From Octopus bimaculoides (lineage: Eukaryota), in assembly GCF_001194135.2 (NCBI RefSeq), contig NC_068994.1:59181161-59245160 (forward strand): a stretch of 64,000 bases of DNA. The letters are read 5' to 3'. The translations under genes and the position numbers were made by a program. The stretch's first letter is position 1; every line of letters starts with the position of its first letter. Under the pieces are notes generated by a model. It worked only from the letters and a program-made list of their open reading frames with translations. It did no database searches and was not told where the DNA came from. Below are positions 40,147 to 53,128 of the stretch, piece after piece.

Positions 40147-43100
40147 GTAAGGCTCAGCATCGATTTTACACAAATGTAAACATTATTATCACTAGAAGAG
40201 TTTCAGTTTTGCTTAATTGACATTTTTGAAATAGATCGGTGGGAATCACGAAAACCGTGTTAACAGCAGAAAAGAGGGTGCGAACACCAAAACCTTAATT
40301 ATTGATAATTATATCGGATTAATTAATTATTTTGGATCTTTTTTTTCTTTTCTTTTCACTTGTATTATGCTCTGTCTTTCAAACCCCAATAAAGACAGGT
40401 CTCTAAGTAAGAAACAAGCTTCTTTCGCAGGACCTAGACAAGGCATTGACCAGGTTTTGAATTCTGCGCGGATTAGAATCACAGAACTTTTAAATATTAG
40501 TCGATGTTTTTCGCTGTCGAAATATAAGTACTTTAAGTCATGTGACAATTTAAATTGGTATCAAATATTCAATTTTGGCGACCGCAGAAAGAATTCTTTT
40601 CGTGAAGGGTGCAAATTCTGTGGGTGCATCATCAACATTGTCGGTTCGTGTATTTTAAATTAGTATTAAAAGAAAATGAAACGTGTCAGAGATCGATAAG
40701 AATTTTATCGAACTGAAATATGTCCTTCTGCTCTTATAAACTTCTACTTTGATTACAAGTTTTTAGAAAACTTGTAGGTCTTTCCTAAAAAGTCGTTTAA
40801 GTTGCTTTTATCTAACCATCATTTAGTCTTTTCAAACCAAAATCAGAATTCTTTCATTAGAATAATATCCCAAATCTTTTAAAATTCTACTTTATTTTTT
40901 CTAATTAACTCATCTAGTTGATAATATACAGAATAAAGTACACCTTGATGCTATTTTTATTTACGTTTAATGAGACTCACCTATTACTTCCAATATTCCA
41001 ACTGTTACATAAACATTTGAAACATTAACAGAACTTTCTGATTTCTCATTACTATTATTGCTGGTGTTTCTTTGTGCTGTATTATTATTATTATTATTAA
41101 ATAAATAAATTATCATTATATTGAACTCAAGTACTACCATAGTTGACTTTGCTTTCATCCTTTCGCAGTCAATAAAATAAAGTACGTCAAGTACTGGAGT
41201 GGATGTGATCGACTTGCCCCTGCCCTCAAAATTACTGGCCTTGTAGTAAAATTAGAAAGAATTTGGAGTTGTTAAGTACCAGTCATGTATTGGAGCAATG
41301 TAATTGCCTAACCCCCACCCCACTAAAATTACTGGCTTTGTGCCAAAATGTGAAACATTACTTTTATTATTTTCGTTGCTGGGTTTGCAGGAAAGGGCAG
41401 CGTTTATGAACTTTACAGTCCCTCCAAAACGGTTGAGTTTGATGTTAATGTTGTTAAGATTGTTGCAGGTCAACACTTGCAGTAGAGACAGGAATAGAGA
41501 GATTTCAGTGGGATGGTGTCTGGGGGAAGAATGAAGGGGTGTTTTGTTTTATAAAGGCTGGACATGGTGGTGGAGGGGGGATAGGCCATAAATGTATAGA
41601 AGGAAGAGAGTTGCAGACAAAAATGAATCCTGGGGTATGTTGAAGTTGACTGAGAGTCAGAAAGAAAGCTCCATCAATGCATGCTGTGATGGTGTAATCT
41701 GATGAGATGCTACCAATCCGAGAGATGAGGGGAGCTCCTAAGCAGGAGGTTTTCATGGAAGATTCACATCATCACCGTCATCACTTAAATGTCTGTTTTC
41801 CAAGCTGGTGTGGTTTGGATGATCCAACAGGAACCAGCAAGAGCACAGAGCTGCACCAAGAGGTTCCAATTGTCTGCTTTGGCATGGTGTTCTGTGGTTG
41901 GAAGCCCTTCCTAACACCAGCCACTTTACAGATTGTACTGGTTGCTTTTCATGTGGCCCCAGTATGGGTGCTTTACACACGAGGGCCTTTTACATGGCAC
42001 TGACAATCGTAACATTTACATATTTAGGGCCACACTGTACTGAATCGTTTGTTCTTTCGTTTTTTTTGTTTTTTTTTAAATAAAATAATCGAAGAAGAAG
42101 AGGCAATGATCCCTGTTTTATAAGGATCTCTTATATAGGTGGGACTTGATGTGGTTTGTGTTCAGTTTGAACATTTGTTGGTTGTTGGGATGGTGGTGGT
42201 GGTGGGGGAGAGGGATTATGTTTATGTTGTTGTTGTTTAATAGCATTATTTCTTCTTTTTTGTTTTGATTGTTACTTATTTTTGCATATTTTAAATGAAA
42301 TATATTTTCAGACTTGCTGAATTAGCTTACTGCTTAAAGACAAGTCACGATTCAGGAGGACATATTCCATCTTTTTCCCAACCCGTAAGTAATAATGTCT
42401 GAAGTTCAATAACATCACAATCAAAAGACGAATTGATAATGTTCAGTTTGTTTGTGTGTCATAATAAAAGGAAAAAGTTTTTCCTTCTCGAACCATACCA
42501 GGCTCTACTCTGTCCTACCATATTCCCACTCAGTCAAAAGTGTCCGCTTGTCTTTCGAGTTAGATGACAAAGCCCCTGGTGCCCATGGCATGAAACAGCA
42601 GCTTCCACCGCAGCTGTTGAGCCCATGCCAAGACTTGGACACTATTGCAAGACATGACCCTCCCTACTTGTTGGATCCTCTTGAACCATCCAGCATGTAG
42701 AGTGGATTTTAAATCGTGATGATTTTTATATGCCTCTGACCCTAGATTTTACCTGAATTTTTATATTTGTGTGATTTCCTTTGTGTGTTTGTATACTTTC
42801 TCAATTGAATTCTGTTTTATATACTTCCATCTTTCTTCTGTTTATAGTTTGAGAATTTACAAAAGGAATACTGTGTTTATTCATTAGCCAAGAGTTACTT
42901 TGACCTTAAAGAATATCTTCGTGCTGTGCATTTCTTGGAGCAGTCTGAACTTCAGAGCAATGTAACCTACTTTCTCTACATGTACTCTAGATATCTAGCA
43001 GAAGAGAAAAGAAGATCATATAATATGACTGATTCTTTCAGTAAGTAAACAAAATTTGTTACTTTTGCCATATTTACTAAAACCTATTCCAGTAATAAAG

Positions 43101-45851
43101 ACCAGTGAATGTTGTGTTTGGGTTAAGGTTTATCTGAGTCATTTACTTGAAGCAGAATTAAAATGTTGTTAATGAGTGTAACTGTCATATAAGCAGGGTT
43201 GTCTGTTTTCAATCCTTCATGAAAACCTAGCTGGCCATGGGTCAATATTACCACACCTGGAACAGGTGAGCACTAGCCACAGAAACAGCATCTCTCATGC
43301 TCTCTCCCTCCCACTGAGGTAACCTTGTATCTCCTCTATTGTAAGACTCCTGTTTCTGCTCCCTCTTTCATACTCTATCCTCTCATCACCTGGCACAAAA
43401 CCACCTCCTTCAATACCCCGCCCTCTCAAAGGATCTTTGTCTTGAATGTTACTTGGTGATGGTGCCACATAAAAAGCACCCACTTCATTCTATAAAGTTG
43501 GCATTAAGAAGGGCATCCAGCCATAATAACCATGCCAAAGCAGACAATGGAACTTGGGGCAGCTCTCTGGCCTTGCCAGCCCTGGTCAAACCATCCAACC
43601 CATGCTAGCATGGACAACGGATGATGATGATTTCCTGTGTATGTGTGTGTACTGAGTTTGTAAGTGAATCCCTAATTTGACGAATGGAAGTCTCATTTAG
43701 GAATGCTGTATTGTTCTTTCAGCAAGTATGACCTCAGTTATAAACGATGATTTAGCGAGAGTGAAGATTCTAAAAACAGAGTTATCAGAAAAGCATCAAA
43801 AGAAAGAACTTGATGGATTTTGTTTATATTTGTAAGTTTTTTTGGAATTTTTTGTATTTCTAATACACTTTGTTCGATTGCTTTAAATGCACAAACACAT
43901 TTGTAAGGAAGTTATTTTGTATTTGCTGTATAAAATAGAATTTCTTTTACTGAGCTTCTAAAATATGCTTAACAAGCATTTTAGATTTCATTAGCTTGGA
44001 TAACTGAGTGGGCATATTTTGAGAATAACTAACTGTAGAATGGTTGGCATTAGGAATGGCATGTAACCATTAGAATCATACCAAAGCAAACACTGGAGCT
44101 TTATTGTTATCCTCCAACTTGTCGGTTCGTGTTGAACTGCCCAGGCCATACTACTACTACTACTACTATGGATAATGGACATTGATTGATGATGATGATG
44201 ATTTTTACTGAGTAACCAATATTTTAAACTGAACAAAACAACGAAAGAAATGCAAAGATCCTTGTCTAAAATAACTTGTTGCTGGTTTTACATGGTACAA
44301 ATGTATTTAAAAAACAGACCATTTAAGGCCATTGCAATCAAACCTAGCTTGATATTTTGTTTACTTTGTAGGTATGGTGTTGTTCTGAAGAAGTTAGATT
44401 TACTCAAAGAAGCTACCAATGTTTTATTGGAATCTGTCCACAAAGAACCACTCCATTGGGGTGCTTGGCAAGAACTTAACACTTTAATTCCAGACAAAGA
44501 GACTGTAAGTTAAATTATGTTGCTACTGTTGTTTCTTCTTCTTCTTCTCCTTCTTCTTCTTCTTCTAATAATAATAATAATAATGCTGCTTTCACTATCA
44601 CTTGTTATTGTTGGATTTCTGAAATACTCAAAATATTCAAAATCTCCTGAACTAGTTACATATTCAGTGAAACTGTTAAAATAGATTTGCTTTGCTTTCA
44701 GGTTAAACTGAGTTAGGGTCTGTGACTTGTGAAGAACATTTGTGTCTGTTGTTAGAATGTGGCTTTTAGAAATTTGAAACTAACAACAAAATATAAGAGA
44801 ATCAAGACTTTTTGATATATTTTAAACCAATCTATAATATTTCTTTGTAGATAATAATATTTGTTGGTAATTATAGATGTTACTTTCATAAATGAGATCT
44901 CTTAAATTGAACCAACAATTAGACTGGTGAATATTTTATTTGGACCAGTTGTAGCTGGAGTTATATCTGCTATTTCTCATATTAAACTTTTTCATATGAA
45001 ATATTTTCCAAAACTATTTTAGCTAAATATTCTATTACAAAACTGCTGTTTATTCCATTGTTTTTTTTTTCTTACCCTTGTATTTAAATTTCCTTTCTAT
45101 ATCCCAGCTTCAATCATTGACATTACCAAACCATTGGATAAAACACTTATTTCTTGCACACATGTACTCAGAACTACAACACACAGATGAAGCTTTACAA
45201 ATCTACCAGTCTTTCATTGATAACGGATTTGCCGACTGCACTTACATTCAAGCACAAATGGCTATTGCTCACGACAACAGTCGAAGTAGGTCATTCAGTA
45301 AAAACTTTATTTTGGCTCAAATAATAATAATTATTAATTTTAATGTTTTAACTCTGTTGTAAGATTATAAAGATTAATTAAGTTTAATAAGTAGTTTAAA
45401 TACGACCAGTAAAATCACAAGATTCTAGTCAAACTCCTAATAACTATGCTATCTAAATGTACATAGACACTTGCAAACTTACCTGCAAAAAATGTCTCAG
45501 GTCATTTCAGATCTACCTGGGACAAGTCTGCAAAACTTTGTATGGGGTCAAATCAAACTGCTTTTTTAATAATAATAATAATTATATATAAAGTGGCTGA
45601 CATTAGGAAGGGCATCCAGCTGCAGAAACCTTTCCACAACTGACAGTAGAGCTTGACACAGTCCTCTGGCTTAGCAGCTGCTGTCAAACTGTCCAACCCA
45701 TGCCAGCATGAAAAAACAGACGTTAAATGATGATGAGTAAGAGGAGGCACAGACAAGGCTGTGTAATGAAGAAGTCTGCTTCCCAACCACATGGTTTTGA
45801 GTTCAGTTCCCACAATGTGGTACCTTGGGCCTGCAGCTGACTTAAGCCCAA

Positions 45852-45887
<36 letters not shown>

Positions 45888-48800
45888 ATAGTGACTGTCT
45901 TTTTGCCTTGACATCATCTGATTGTTATAAACAAGTATTCCAATCAAAGAAGCAGTCCCTTGTCTTCAGTCTTATGTGAAAAACATGTCTATTCTTGGGG
46001 AAATATTACCTTGCTTGGAAACCGGTTAGGGTTGGCACAAGAAAACCCACCACAATGAATTTTGTCTGACCCCAAAAAGACATCCATTTACAAACATATT
46101 TAGAGATTCTTGTTATGATACACATTCTTAGAAGNNNNNNNNNNNNNNNNNNNNNNNNNNNNNNNNNNNNNNNNNNNNNNNNNNNNNNNNNNNNNNNNNN
46201 NNNNNNNNNNNNNNNNNNNNNNNNNNNNNNNNNNNNNNNNNNNNNNNNNNNNNNNNNNNNNNNNNNNNNNNNNNNNNNNNNNNNNNNNNNNNNNNNNNNN
46301 NNNNNNNNNNNNNNNNNNNNNNNNNNNNNNNNNNNNNNNNNNNNNNNNNNNNNNNNNNNNNNNNNNNNNNNNNNNNNNNNNNNNNNNNNNNNNNNNNNNN
46401 NNNNNNNNNNNNNNNNNNNNNNNNNNNNNNNNNNNNNNNNNNNNNNNNNNNNNNNNNNNNNNNNNNNNNNNNNNNNNNNNNNNNNNNNNNNNNNNNNNNN
46501 NNNNNNNNNNNNNNNNNNNNNNNNNNNNNNNNNNNNNNNNNNNNNNNNNNNNNNNNNNNNNNNNNNNNNNNNNNNNNNNNNNNNNNNNNNNNNNNNNNNN
46601 NNNNNNNNNNNNNNNNNNNNNNNNNNNAATATTTGGGGCCAGGAAGAGTTAATGAGAAACTTGGAGGGTAAAGACTCTTTGGTCACAATGGTGGTGTTAT
46701 TTATTTCTTTATTGGCCACAAAGGGGCTAAACATAGAGGGGACAAACAAGGACATTCAAAGGGATTAAATCAATTACATTGACCCCAGTGCATAACTGGT
46801 ACTTATTTAACTGACCCCGAAAGGATGAAAGGCAAAGTCGGCCTCGGCAGAATTTGAACTCAGAGCGTTATGGCAGATGAAATACCGCTAAGCATTTTTC
46901 CCGGCGTGCTAACCACTCTGCCAATAATATCATTATTGAGACTTTCGTGGGTACAAGCACAACTCGGTGAGAAAGAAGTTTACTTTACAGTCACATAATT
47001 TCAACTTCAATCCTATCTTGTGGCACTTTAGGCAAATAATCTCCATTTAATTTAGTTCCTTTGAAATAGGAAGTTTGTCTCAAAGGACCAAGGTTAGTAT
47101 AAAAAGGGCTGACATAGAAATGAGTCAGGTGTATGTATAACAAATATATATATATCCATCTAGGAATTCTGTGGGTTTCAGATCCCTAATATTAAATGTT
47201 TTTTTTATTTTTCAGGAGAACCGTGTGGAATTGGCCTACTTGGCCCATAGTGTTTGTGAGATCGATAAATATCGTGTGGAAACTTGTTGTGTTATTGGTG
47301 AGTTGACATAAAATCTTCTTTTGTCTCTGTGTTTCTGTGGGTTGGACAGATCTTCTCTTCCATAATGTCTTACCGGTTGTCAATGGTGGTCCTTTATTTT
47401 CTTTGCTCTGTCACTTCTACTGGAGTCTGGTGCAGCCTTCCAGCATGCCAGCCCGGTCAAACCATCCAACCCATACCAGCATGGACAACAGACACTAAAT
47501 GATAATGATGATGATGATCAGTTTAATAATTTAGTAAGCTTGAAGTTAAGGGTTTAAGAAGCTAAAGTTAGAAATTACTGTTTAAAGTGTCAAAAGGTCA
47601 TTTTGTAGAGTTAGGGTTAGATCTGTTCTCTGTTTCATGGGGTCGCAACAAACTTGGCTTCAGTGTGACAAGCAGGATGAAATGTCCCCATCACAATGCC
47701 CACTTTAATGCCACCACCTGACTACGGACCGAGACCTTTGGAAATGGGCTGTGCGTGAGAAGACCCGGCAAGCCAAGTAAGATCGTTGCCAGTGCCCCTG
47801 GACTGGTTCTTGTGCGGTTGGCACATGAGATGCACCATTTTGAGCGTGGCCGTTGCCAGTACCGCCTGACTGGCTCCTGTAGGATTTTCGAGCGAGATCG
47901 TTGCCAGTGCCCCTGGACTGGCTTGTGCGGGTGGCACATAAAAGACACCATTTCGAGCGTGGCCGTTTTCGTGCGGGTGACACGTAAAAGCACCCACTAC
48001 ACTCTGAGTGGTTGGCGTTAGGAAGGGCATCCAGCTGTAGAAACTCTGCCAAATCAGACTGGAGCCTGGTGTTGCCATCCGGTTTCACCAGTCCTCAGTC
48101 AAATCGTCCAACCCATGCTAGCATGGAAAGCGGACGTTAAACGATGATGATGATGATGATGAAGTCTTGGAAGGGGTTTTAGTGGAGGGTAGTTTAACAT
48201 TTATACTTAGTTCTCTCCCCTGCCTCATTTTTCTGTAATGGTTAAACGTTGACAAACAAGTCTTGCGCCCTATCTATCTCAATATTAGGGAATGCCTACA
48301 AAGGTTATGGTCATTGCATGTAGGAAACCCCTTGCCAAATGAATGTAGCATGGAATATAGTATTTATTTAAATTTATTTATTCTTTTTTTATATTATTTA
48401 TTTTCAGCCAACTATTATTCACTCAGGTCTCAGCATGAAAAAGCTCTGTTATATTTCCAAAGAGCTCTCAAACTCAATCCTCACTATCTCTCAGCTTGGA
48501 CTCTTATAGGACACGAGTACATGGAAATGAAAAATATTACTGCCGCCATTGAAGCATATCGACAAGCCATTGGTGAGTTAATGCTACATAACACACACAC
48601 ACACACACACACATATTATCAGTGGTTCTTAAACAGGATTACACACTTATCATAGCAACTACAATATCATTCATTAACTGCATTAGGTCCACTCTTTTTG
48701 CTGAACTACTGACCATCACCGACCATCAATGAATCCCCCCCCAAAAAAACTGAAACAACAGATATACGTTGACCATCTCTACATTCGCCATTTTTACCAT

Positions 48801-51800
48801 TTCTCATTTCTCGTGTTCAGGCTGAGATTGAACTTAGGAACCATGAAAAGTAGTTGAATCTGTCTGTAGCAGAATGACTCTGAGCATTGGAAACTTGCAT
48901 GAAATGAAACTGTGTGTATCACATGACATATATGTAACATACAATGTATTGATAACATATACACAACGCACTCAGAACACATGTATAACAGAGGTAACAT
49001 GTATAACAGAGGTAACATGTATAACAGAGGTAACATGTATATGCACCCATGCATGGCATCTCCGTCTTTACATCTTTGCTGTCCTGAGAAACTAAAGCAG
49101 ACATTGAATAATGCAGTCACAGATGTCAGAAGAACTAGTGATGTGGTCATGGCTGGAATGCCTTTGATCATTGCTCTGCTCAGTCAGGCCTGACCTAGGG
49201 CTAAACAATACCATAGCATCTCATAATCAACACATTTACAAAACCCTAAACAGTTAAAACTCCAATAAATTTTTCCGTCAATCTTAATAAGAATTGGTAC
49301 ACAAAGTGACTCGGTTTACTTCACAATTACAGGGTTCTGAGTTCAAATCCACTATTCTACAATACATGTCTTCTGCTTGTTCCGTTCTTTGTTACTGAAA
49401 TTCTTTAGACAGAAACTGTAGAGAAGCCTGTCTAATAAACTGTATTTATTGTTTGGTTGTGGACTTCATTCCGTTTCATGTTTGATTCCATCATCAAATA
49501 TTTTAATCCTGAAGAAAAAATTAATTTCTAAATAATTTTGTTTGAAACTATTTCCAAATGGTAATTATTTCTTCTATTCTGTGTCGTCCAGAAGTAAACA
49601 GTCGAGATTTCAGAGCTTGGTATGGACTTGGCCAGACGTACGAGATCATGAAGATGCATTATTATAGTCTGTATTATTATTGGAAAGCACAACAACTTCG
49701 GTGAGTCATCTTATTTCTTGAAATAAATAAGACCTTCAGGTTATACTGTTCACAGCACTTCTACTCCCACCATCTTCCCCCAACTCTTGGCCTTTTGCTC
49801 CCACTCCTACTTCTCTCCTCGTTTACAGCAACTTCTAGGGTTGGTGCCATGGGAATATGCATCCAATATGCAAACAGCTTACCTGGCAGCCACACCTGCA
49901 CTTATTTAATTCTTCACTTCAATAACAATCGCTCAACACTTTGCTCTAAACTTGTTGTATATCATTGCAACGTTAAATCTTTATCAATTATTTATATTTG
50001 TTAACGAGCTGAAATCTTCTCTTTGCAGACCTAACGATTCCCGCATGTTAGTTGCCCTTGGTGATGGCTATGAAAAGCTAGAACGCTTGCAGGAAGCCAA
50101 AAAGTGTTATTGGAAAGCACACAGCGTCGGTGACGTGGAAGGAATTGCTCTCATGAGACTTGCAAGGTAACGTTTACTTTCAGCTCCAGTGTTTGTAGAA
50201 GTCATGGCAGAGCGCAGGATCACAAGTTCAAATCTTATCACTGTCATTGTGTTGGGACCTTGAGCAAGGCACTTAATTCCACTTGCTCTAATTTGTCTGA
50301 CTGAAGGAAATATTTTCAGTTTTACAATTAGTAATAGGAGAGTGGAGGTGGCAAGCGGTGGGGGGAGTCATTCAACTGGTAATTTTGTAAATATTTTGAT
50401 GTTTTACATTTAAAATTATTATCGTTGGAATTACTGTTGGTTTTATGCTGAATTTGGGAGATTTTAAGGATTATAAATTGTTTATCTAGATATTTTTAAT
50501 GTTGTCTTACTCCAAATAGCAATGCAAATGGACATGTCTTTCAAAGACTTTCTCTTTTAATCGTGCAGTGGAATGGGTGAAGAGGGAAGGACAGTTTAAC
50601 TCTGTTTATTTCTTGTTGAAATATTTCATTATCACTCTCTAATGCAGCGTTTCTCAACCAGGGTTCCCCGGAACCCTAGGGTTCTGTAAAAGGTTCCTAG
50701 GAGTTCTGTGAGAAAGAGTGAGATAAGCTAATGCAAATTTCATGATTGTAATATTACTGTACATGCACAACATATTGGTTAGTGCCGCTGGACTGGCTTT
50801 TGTGCAGGTGGCACATAAAAAACACCATTTGAGCGTAGCCATTGCCAGTACCGCCTGACTGGCCCTTGTGCTGGTGGCAAGTAAAAGCACCCATTACACT
50901 CTCAGAGTGGTTGGCATTAGGAAAGGCATCCAGCTGTAGAAACTCTGCCAGATCAGATTGGAGCCTGGTGCAGCCATCTGGTTCGCCAGTCCTCAGTCAA
51001 ATCGTCTAACCCATGCCAGCATGGGTTGGACGATGATGATGTAATATTGTAATATAGACATCATCCTAGCTAATCTATTATGTTATCAAAATATATAACC
51101 ACATATATTTATCATGTGAACTACGATGAAAAAATATGAGAAAGATATGGTATATAATTTATTTTGTGAAGGGGTTCCTTGAGACATGGAATTAATTTTT
51201 AAGGGTTACACAAGGGTAAAAAGGTTGAGAAACACTACTCTAATGGAACTTTCCTTTATTGCTTTCTGTAATTTTCTTGTCCTGTCTAATTACCAGCTGC
51301 TAACGAACATTTCCAATTATTTCTTTTAAATGTCAGACTGTATGAGAGGTTAAACGAAGAACAACAAGCTGCCGCAGCCTACAGTCAGTACATCAACCAG
51401 GTTCACAGACAGAATACATTGCGCAGGATTGGGGATCAGAATGTGAGTTATTTTATTGATTGTTCTTAGATTTCTGTTTGAATTTGATCTCTTTGATACT
51501 CGTCACAGGAATTTGTTACCAGATTTCTGTTAGAATTTGCCGCCTTTGTTTCATTTAATTTTGGAAATAATGAATTTAGTAAAATAATTTTGTCATTATT
51601 GGCACTGGTGTTGGTGCCATGTAAAAAGTACCCAGTCCACTTTGTAAAGTGGTTGGCATTAGGAAAGGCATCCAGCCATAGAAACCATACCAAAACAGAC
51701 AATTGCAGCCAGGTGCCGGTCTCCGACTGACCAGCTCCTGTCAAACTGTCCAACTTGTGGCAGCATGGGAGACGGATTTTAAATGATGATGATGATTGAG

Positions 51801-53128
51801 TCAGTGTTTGGAAATATATATTATTAACATGGAATTTTGATGGAATCAACTAATTTATATCACTTTAAGACACAAAGTTTGTATTATAGAAGGAAACATG
51901 GGAGGGGAGGGTTCTTAATATTTTATATTTGATTAGAAAATTGGAAATTATAGATCAGAGTTTCTAAAAAATAAAGAAATATACAAAATCAATAGCAAAA
52001 AGTTGGTTTGGAATATTTTTTGCTACTTTTCTATGAAAGAATATTTTAAAACTATTAGTTTTTTTTTGTGTGATTTTATTAAAACAGTTGAATGTTGCAA
52101 TAAATGAGTATTTTATATAATCCGTTGATTTATATTTTGGTTTTAGAATTTCTACGCAAGTGAAGAAATGGCACAAGCTTATAAATACCTTGCCAACTTC
52201 TACCTCCGACAGAACCGTCTTGATGAGGCTTACCATGCTGCACAGCAATGTACATCATACAATGAAGTAGGCCAAAGTTGCTTTTTTTTATTGAATCTCT
52301 CTTTTAACCCTTTCATTACCATATTTCTGTTGAGATGCTCTGTCAGGTTTCTTTTTTATATTTAAAATTGATTTTAAATATAACAAAGAATTTAGTAAAA
52401 TACCTTAGTTATCATTCAGCTGGTGTTAGGAACATAAATTGTGACTAAGGTTTGGTGGAAGATTTTAATTCAAAACTTTAAAAAACAAGACATTTGTAGT
52501 ACAGAGACAGGCAGTTTCAGCCAGGTTGGTATCAAAAGGGTTAAACAATTTTTATCACTTTATGTTCTGGCATTTGCTGAATTTTCTTTGAGAACAATTT
52601 TTCCTTAGTGGTCAGACCATATGGGGTCTACATTTGGCATATTAGAAGTCCACCTAGTGGTCATTCCTCTTATATGTATGTAATATAATTTTCTGAATCT
52701 TCAGATTTTTTCAATACGCTAGGCCTCTGGTTTAAATTGATATTAATCAAATCAATATCAATTTTTTACCCTTATTATTTAAATTTAAATTTGAAATTTA
52801 TATTTAGAAACTTTGCCATAAAAAGGAGAAACTGGGTTTTTTCCCACAAGAAGTTGAGCCAAACTGTTAAAAATCTCTCTTAAATCAATTTGTAATGAAA
52901 ATATTAAAAATTTTGGATTTTCCTATCAAAATGTTTTCGTTTATTCTTCAGACAAAAGAAGAAGGCAAAGCCTTGCTGCGACAGATTGCTCATCTGCGTG
53001 TTGGTGATGGAGCGACACAGATGGAGGAGAGCACAGATTCCATCACCAATGAATTGCCAGAAACAACTGTTGAACATTCTCCTTTAATGCAAATAATCAG
53101 CGGAAGACATAGCTTTACACCTCCTTAA
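40046..53128 (+). CDS. CDC23: CDC23 / anaphase-promoting complex subunit 8 (TPR protein), spliced gene span; 13 visible exons plus one probably hidden in the N gap 46135-46627
   Basis: Phase-consistent GT-AG exons translate to CDC23-type motifs: [93 protein letters not shown]. Confidence 0.97.
42312..42384 (+). CDS. CDC23: CDC23 exon 2 ([24 protein letters not shown])
   Basis: TTTTCAG acceptor, GTAAGT donor; AELA motif; phase 2 to 0. Confidence 0.88.
42848..43040 (+). CDS. CDC23: CDC23 exon 3 (FENLQKEY...[18 protein letters not shown]...[16 protein letters not shown]...)
   Basis: TATAG acceptor, GTAAGT donor; conserved motifs; phase 0 to 1. Confidence 0.95.
43723..43831 (+). CDS. CDC23: CDC23 exon 4 (...[21 protein letters not shown])
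   Basis: TTTCAG acceptor, GTAAGT donor; ELDGF.LYL motif; phase 1 to 2. Confidence 0.95.
44372..44504 (+). CDS. CDC23: CDC23 exon 5 ([14 protein letters not shown]...[19 protein letters not shown])
   Basis: TGTAG acceptor, GTAAGT donor; ORF 44250..44513. Confidence 0.96.
45108..45285 (+). CDS. CDC23: CDC23 exon 6 ([23 protein letters not shown]...AIAHDNSR)
   Basis: CCCAG acceptor, GTAGGT donor; ORF 45078..45362. Confidence 0.95.
46697..46924 (-). mobile_element. tRNA-derived SINE family A (head GGCAGA..GTTAGCACGCCGGG..AAATGCTTAGCGGTATTTC)
   Basis: Near full copy. Fragments at 1-240(-), 1030-1180(+), 16575(-), 24660(-), 25330(-), 29640(-), 32400(-), 41140(+), 56255(+), 57600(+), 63640(-). 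Confidence 0.8.
47216..47297 (+). CDS. CDC23: CDC23 exon ([27 protein letters not shown])
   Basis: TTTCAG acceptor, GTGAGT donor; highly conserved [14 protein letters not shown]. Confidence 0.96.
47735..48162 (+). mobile_element. RTE-type LINE 3' tail with internal tandem modules
   Basis: GAGAAGACCCGGCAAGCCAAGT start; repeated GTTGCCAGT(G/A)CC..CT.GACTGG modules; (GAT)n end. Confidence 0.75.
48408..48572 (+). CDS. CDC23: CDC23 exon ([24 protein letters not shown]...EYMEMKN...YRQAI)
   Basis: TTTCAG acceptor, GTGAGT donor; TPR motifs; ORF 48263..48655. Confidence 0.97.
48979..49040. repeat. 18-bp tandem repeat (ACATGTATAACAGAGGTA) x about 3.4
   Basis: Visible in sequence and as MYNRGN repeats in the ORF track. 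Confidence 0.9.
49592..49700 (+). CDS. CDC23: CDC23 exon ([37 protein letters not shown])
   Basis: CCAG acceptor, GTGAGT donor; phase 1 to 2. Confidence 0.96.
50029..50166 (+). CDS. CDC23: CDC23 exon ([17 protein letters not shown]...[23 protein letters not shown])
   Basis: TTTGCAG acceptor, GTAACG donor; ORF 49952..50170. Confidence 0.96.
50645..51237. mobile_element. hAT (Charlie-like) MITE with a nested RTE-tail insertion
   Basis: TIRs CAGCGTTTCTCAACC / GGTTGAGAAACACTA; exact 8-bp TSD CTCTAATG. Confidence 0.88.
51337..51442 (+). CDS. CDC23: CDC23 exon ([21 protein letters not shown]...)
   Basis: GTCAG acceptor, GTGAGT donor; phase 2 to 0; fits the L.E.L....QAA..Y..YI segment. Confidence 0.9.
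52147..52266 (+). CDS. CDC23: CDC23 exon (...[30 protein letters not shown])
   Basis: TTTTAG acceptor, GTAGGC donor; phase 0 to 0. Confidence 0.92.
52308..52540. mobile_element. piggyBac-type non-autonomous element, 233 bp
   Basis: TTAA|CCCTTT...AAAGGG|TTAA; near-identical copy at about 14175-14395 and a diverged relative at about 4790-4980. Confidence 0.82.
52952..53128 (+). CDS. CDC23: CDC23 last coding exon ([16 protein letters not shown]...SFTPP*)
   Basis: TTCAG acceptor; [10 protein letters not shown] motif; TAA at 53126-53128; ATTAAA shortly downstream. Confidence 0.93.
   Translation, partial: TKEEGKALLRQIAHLRVGDGATQMEESTDSITNELPETTVEHSPLMQIISGRHSFTPP

Noticed and set aside
47691-48088. 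Several overlapping 100-127 aa ORFs, with similar ones at 9734, 13259, 15354, 55078
   Set aside because: They recur at every copy of the RTE 3' tail; repeat-derived, not genes
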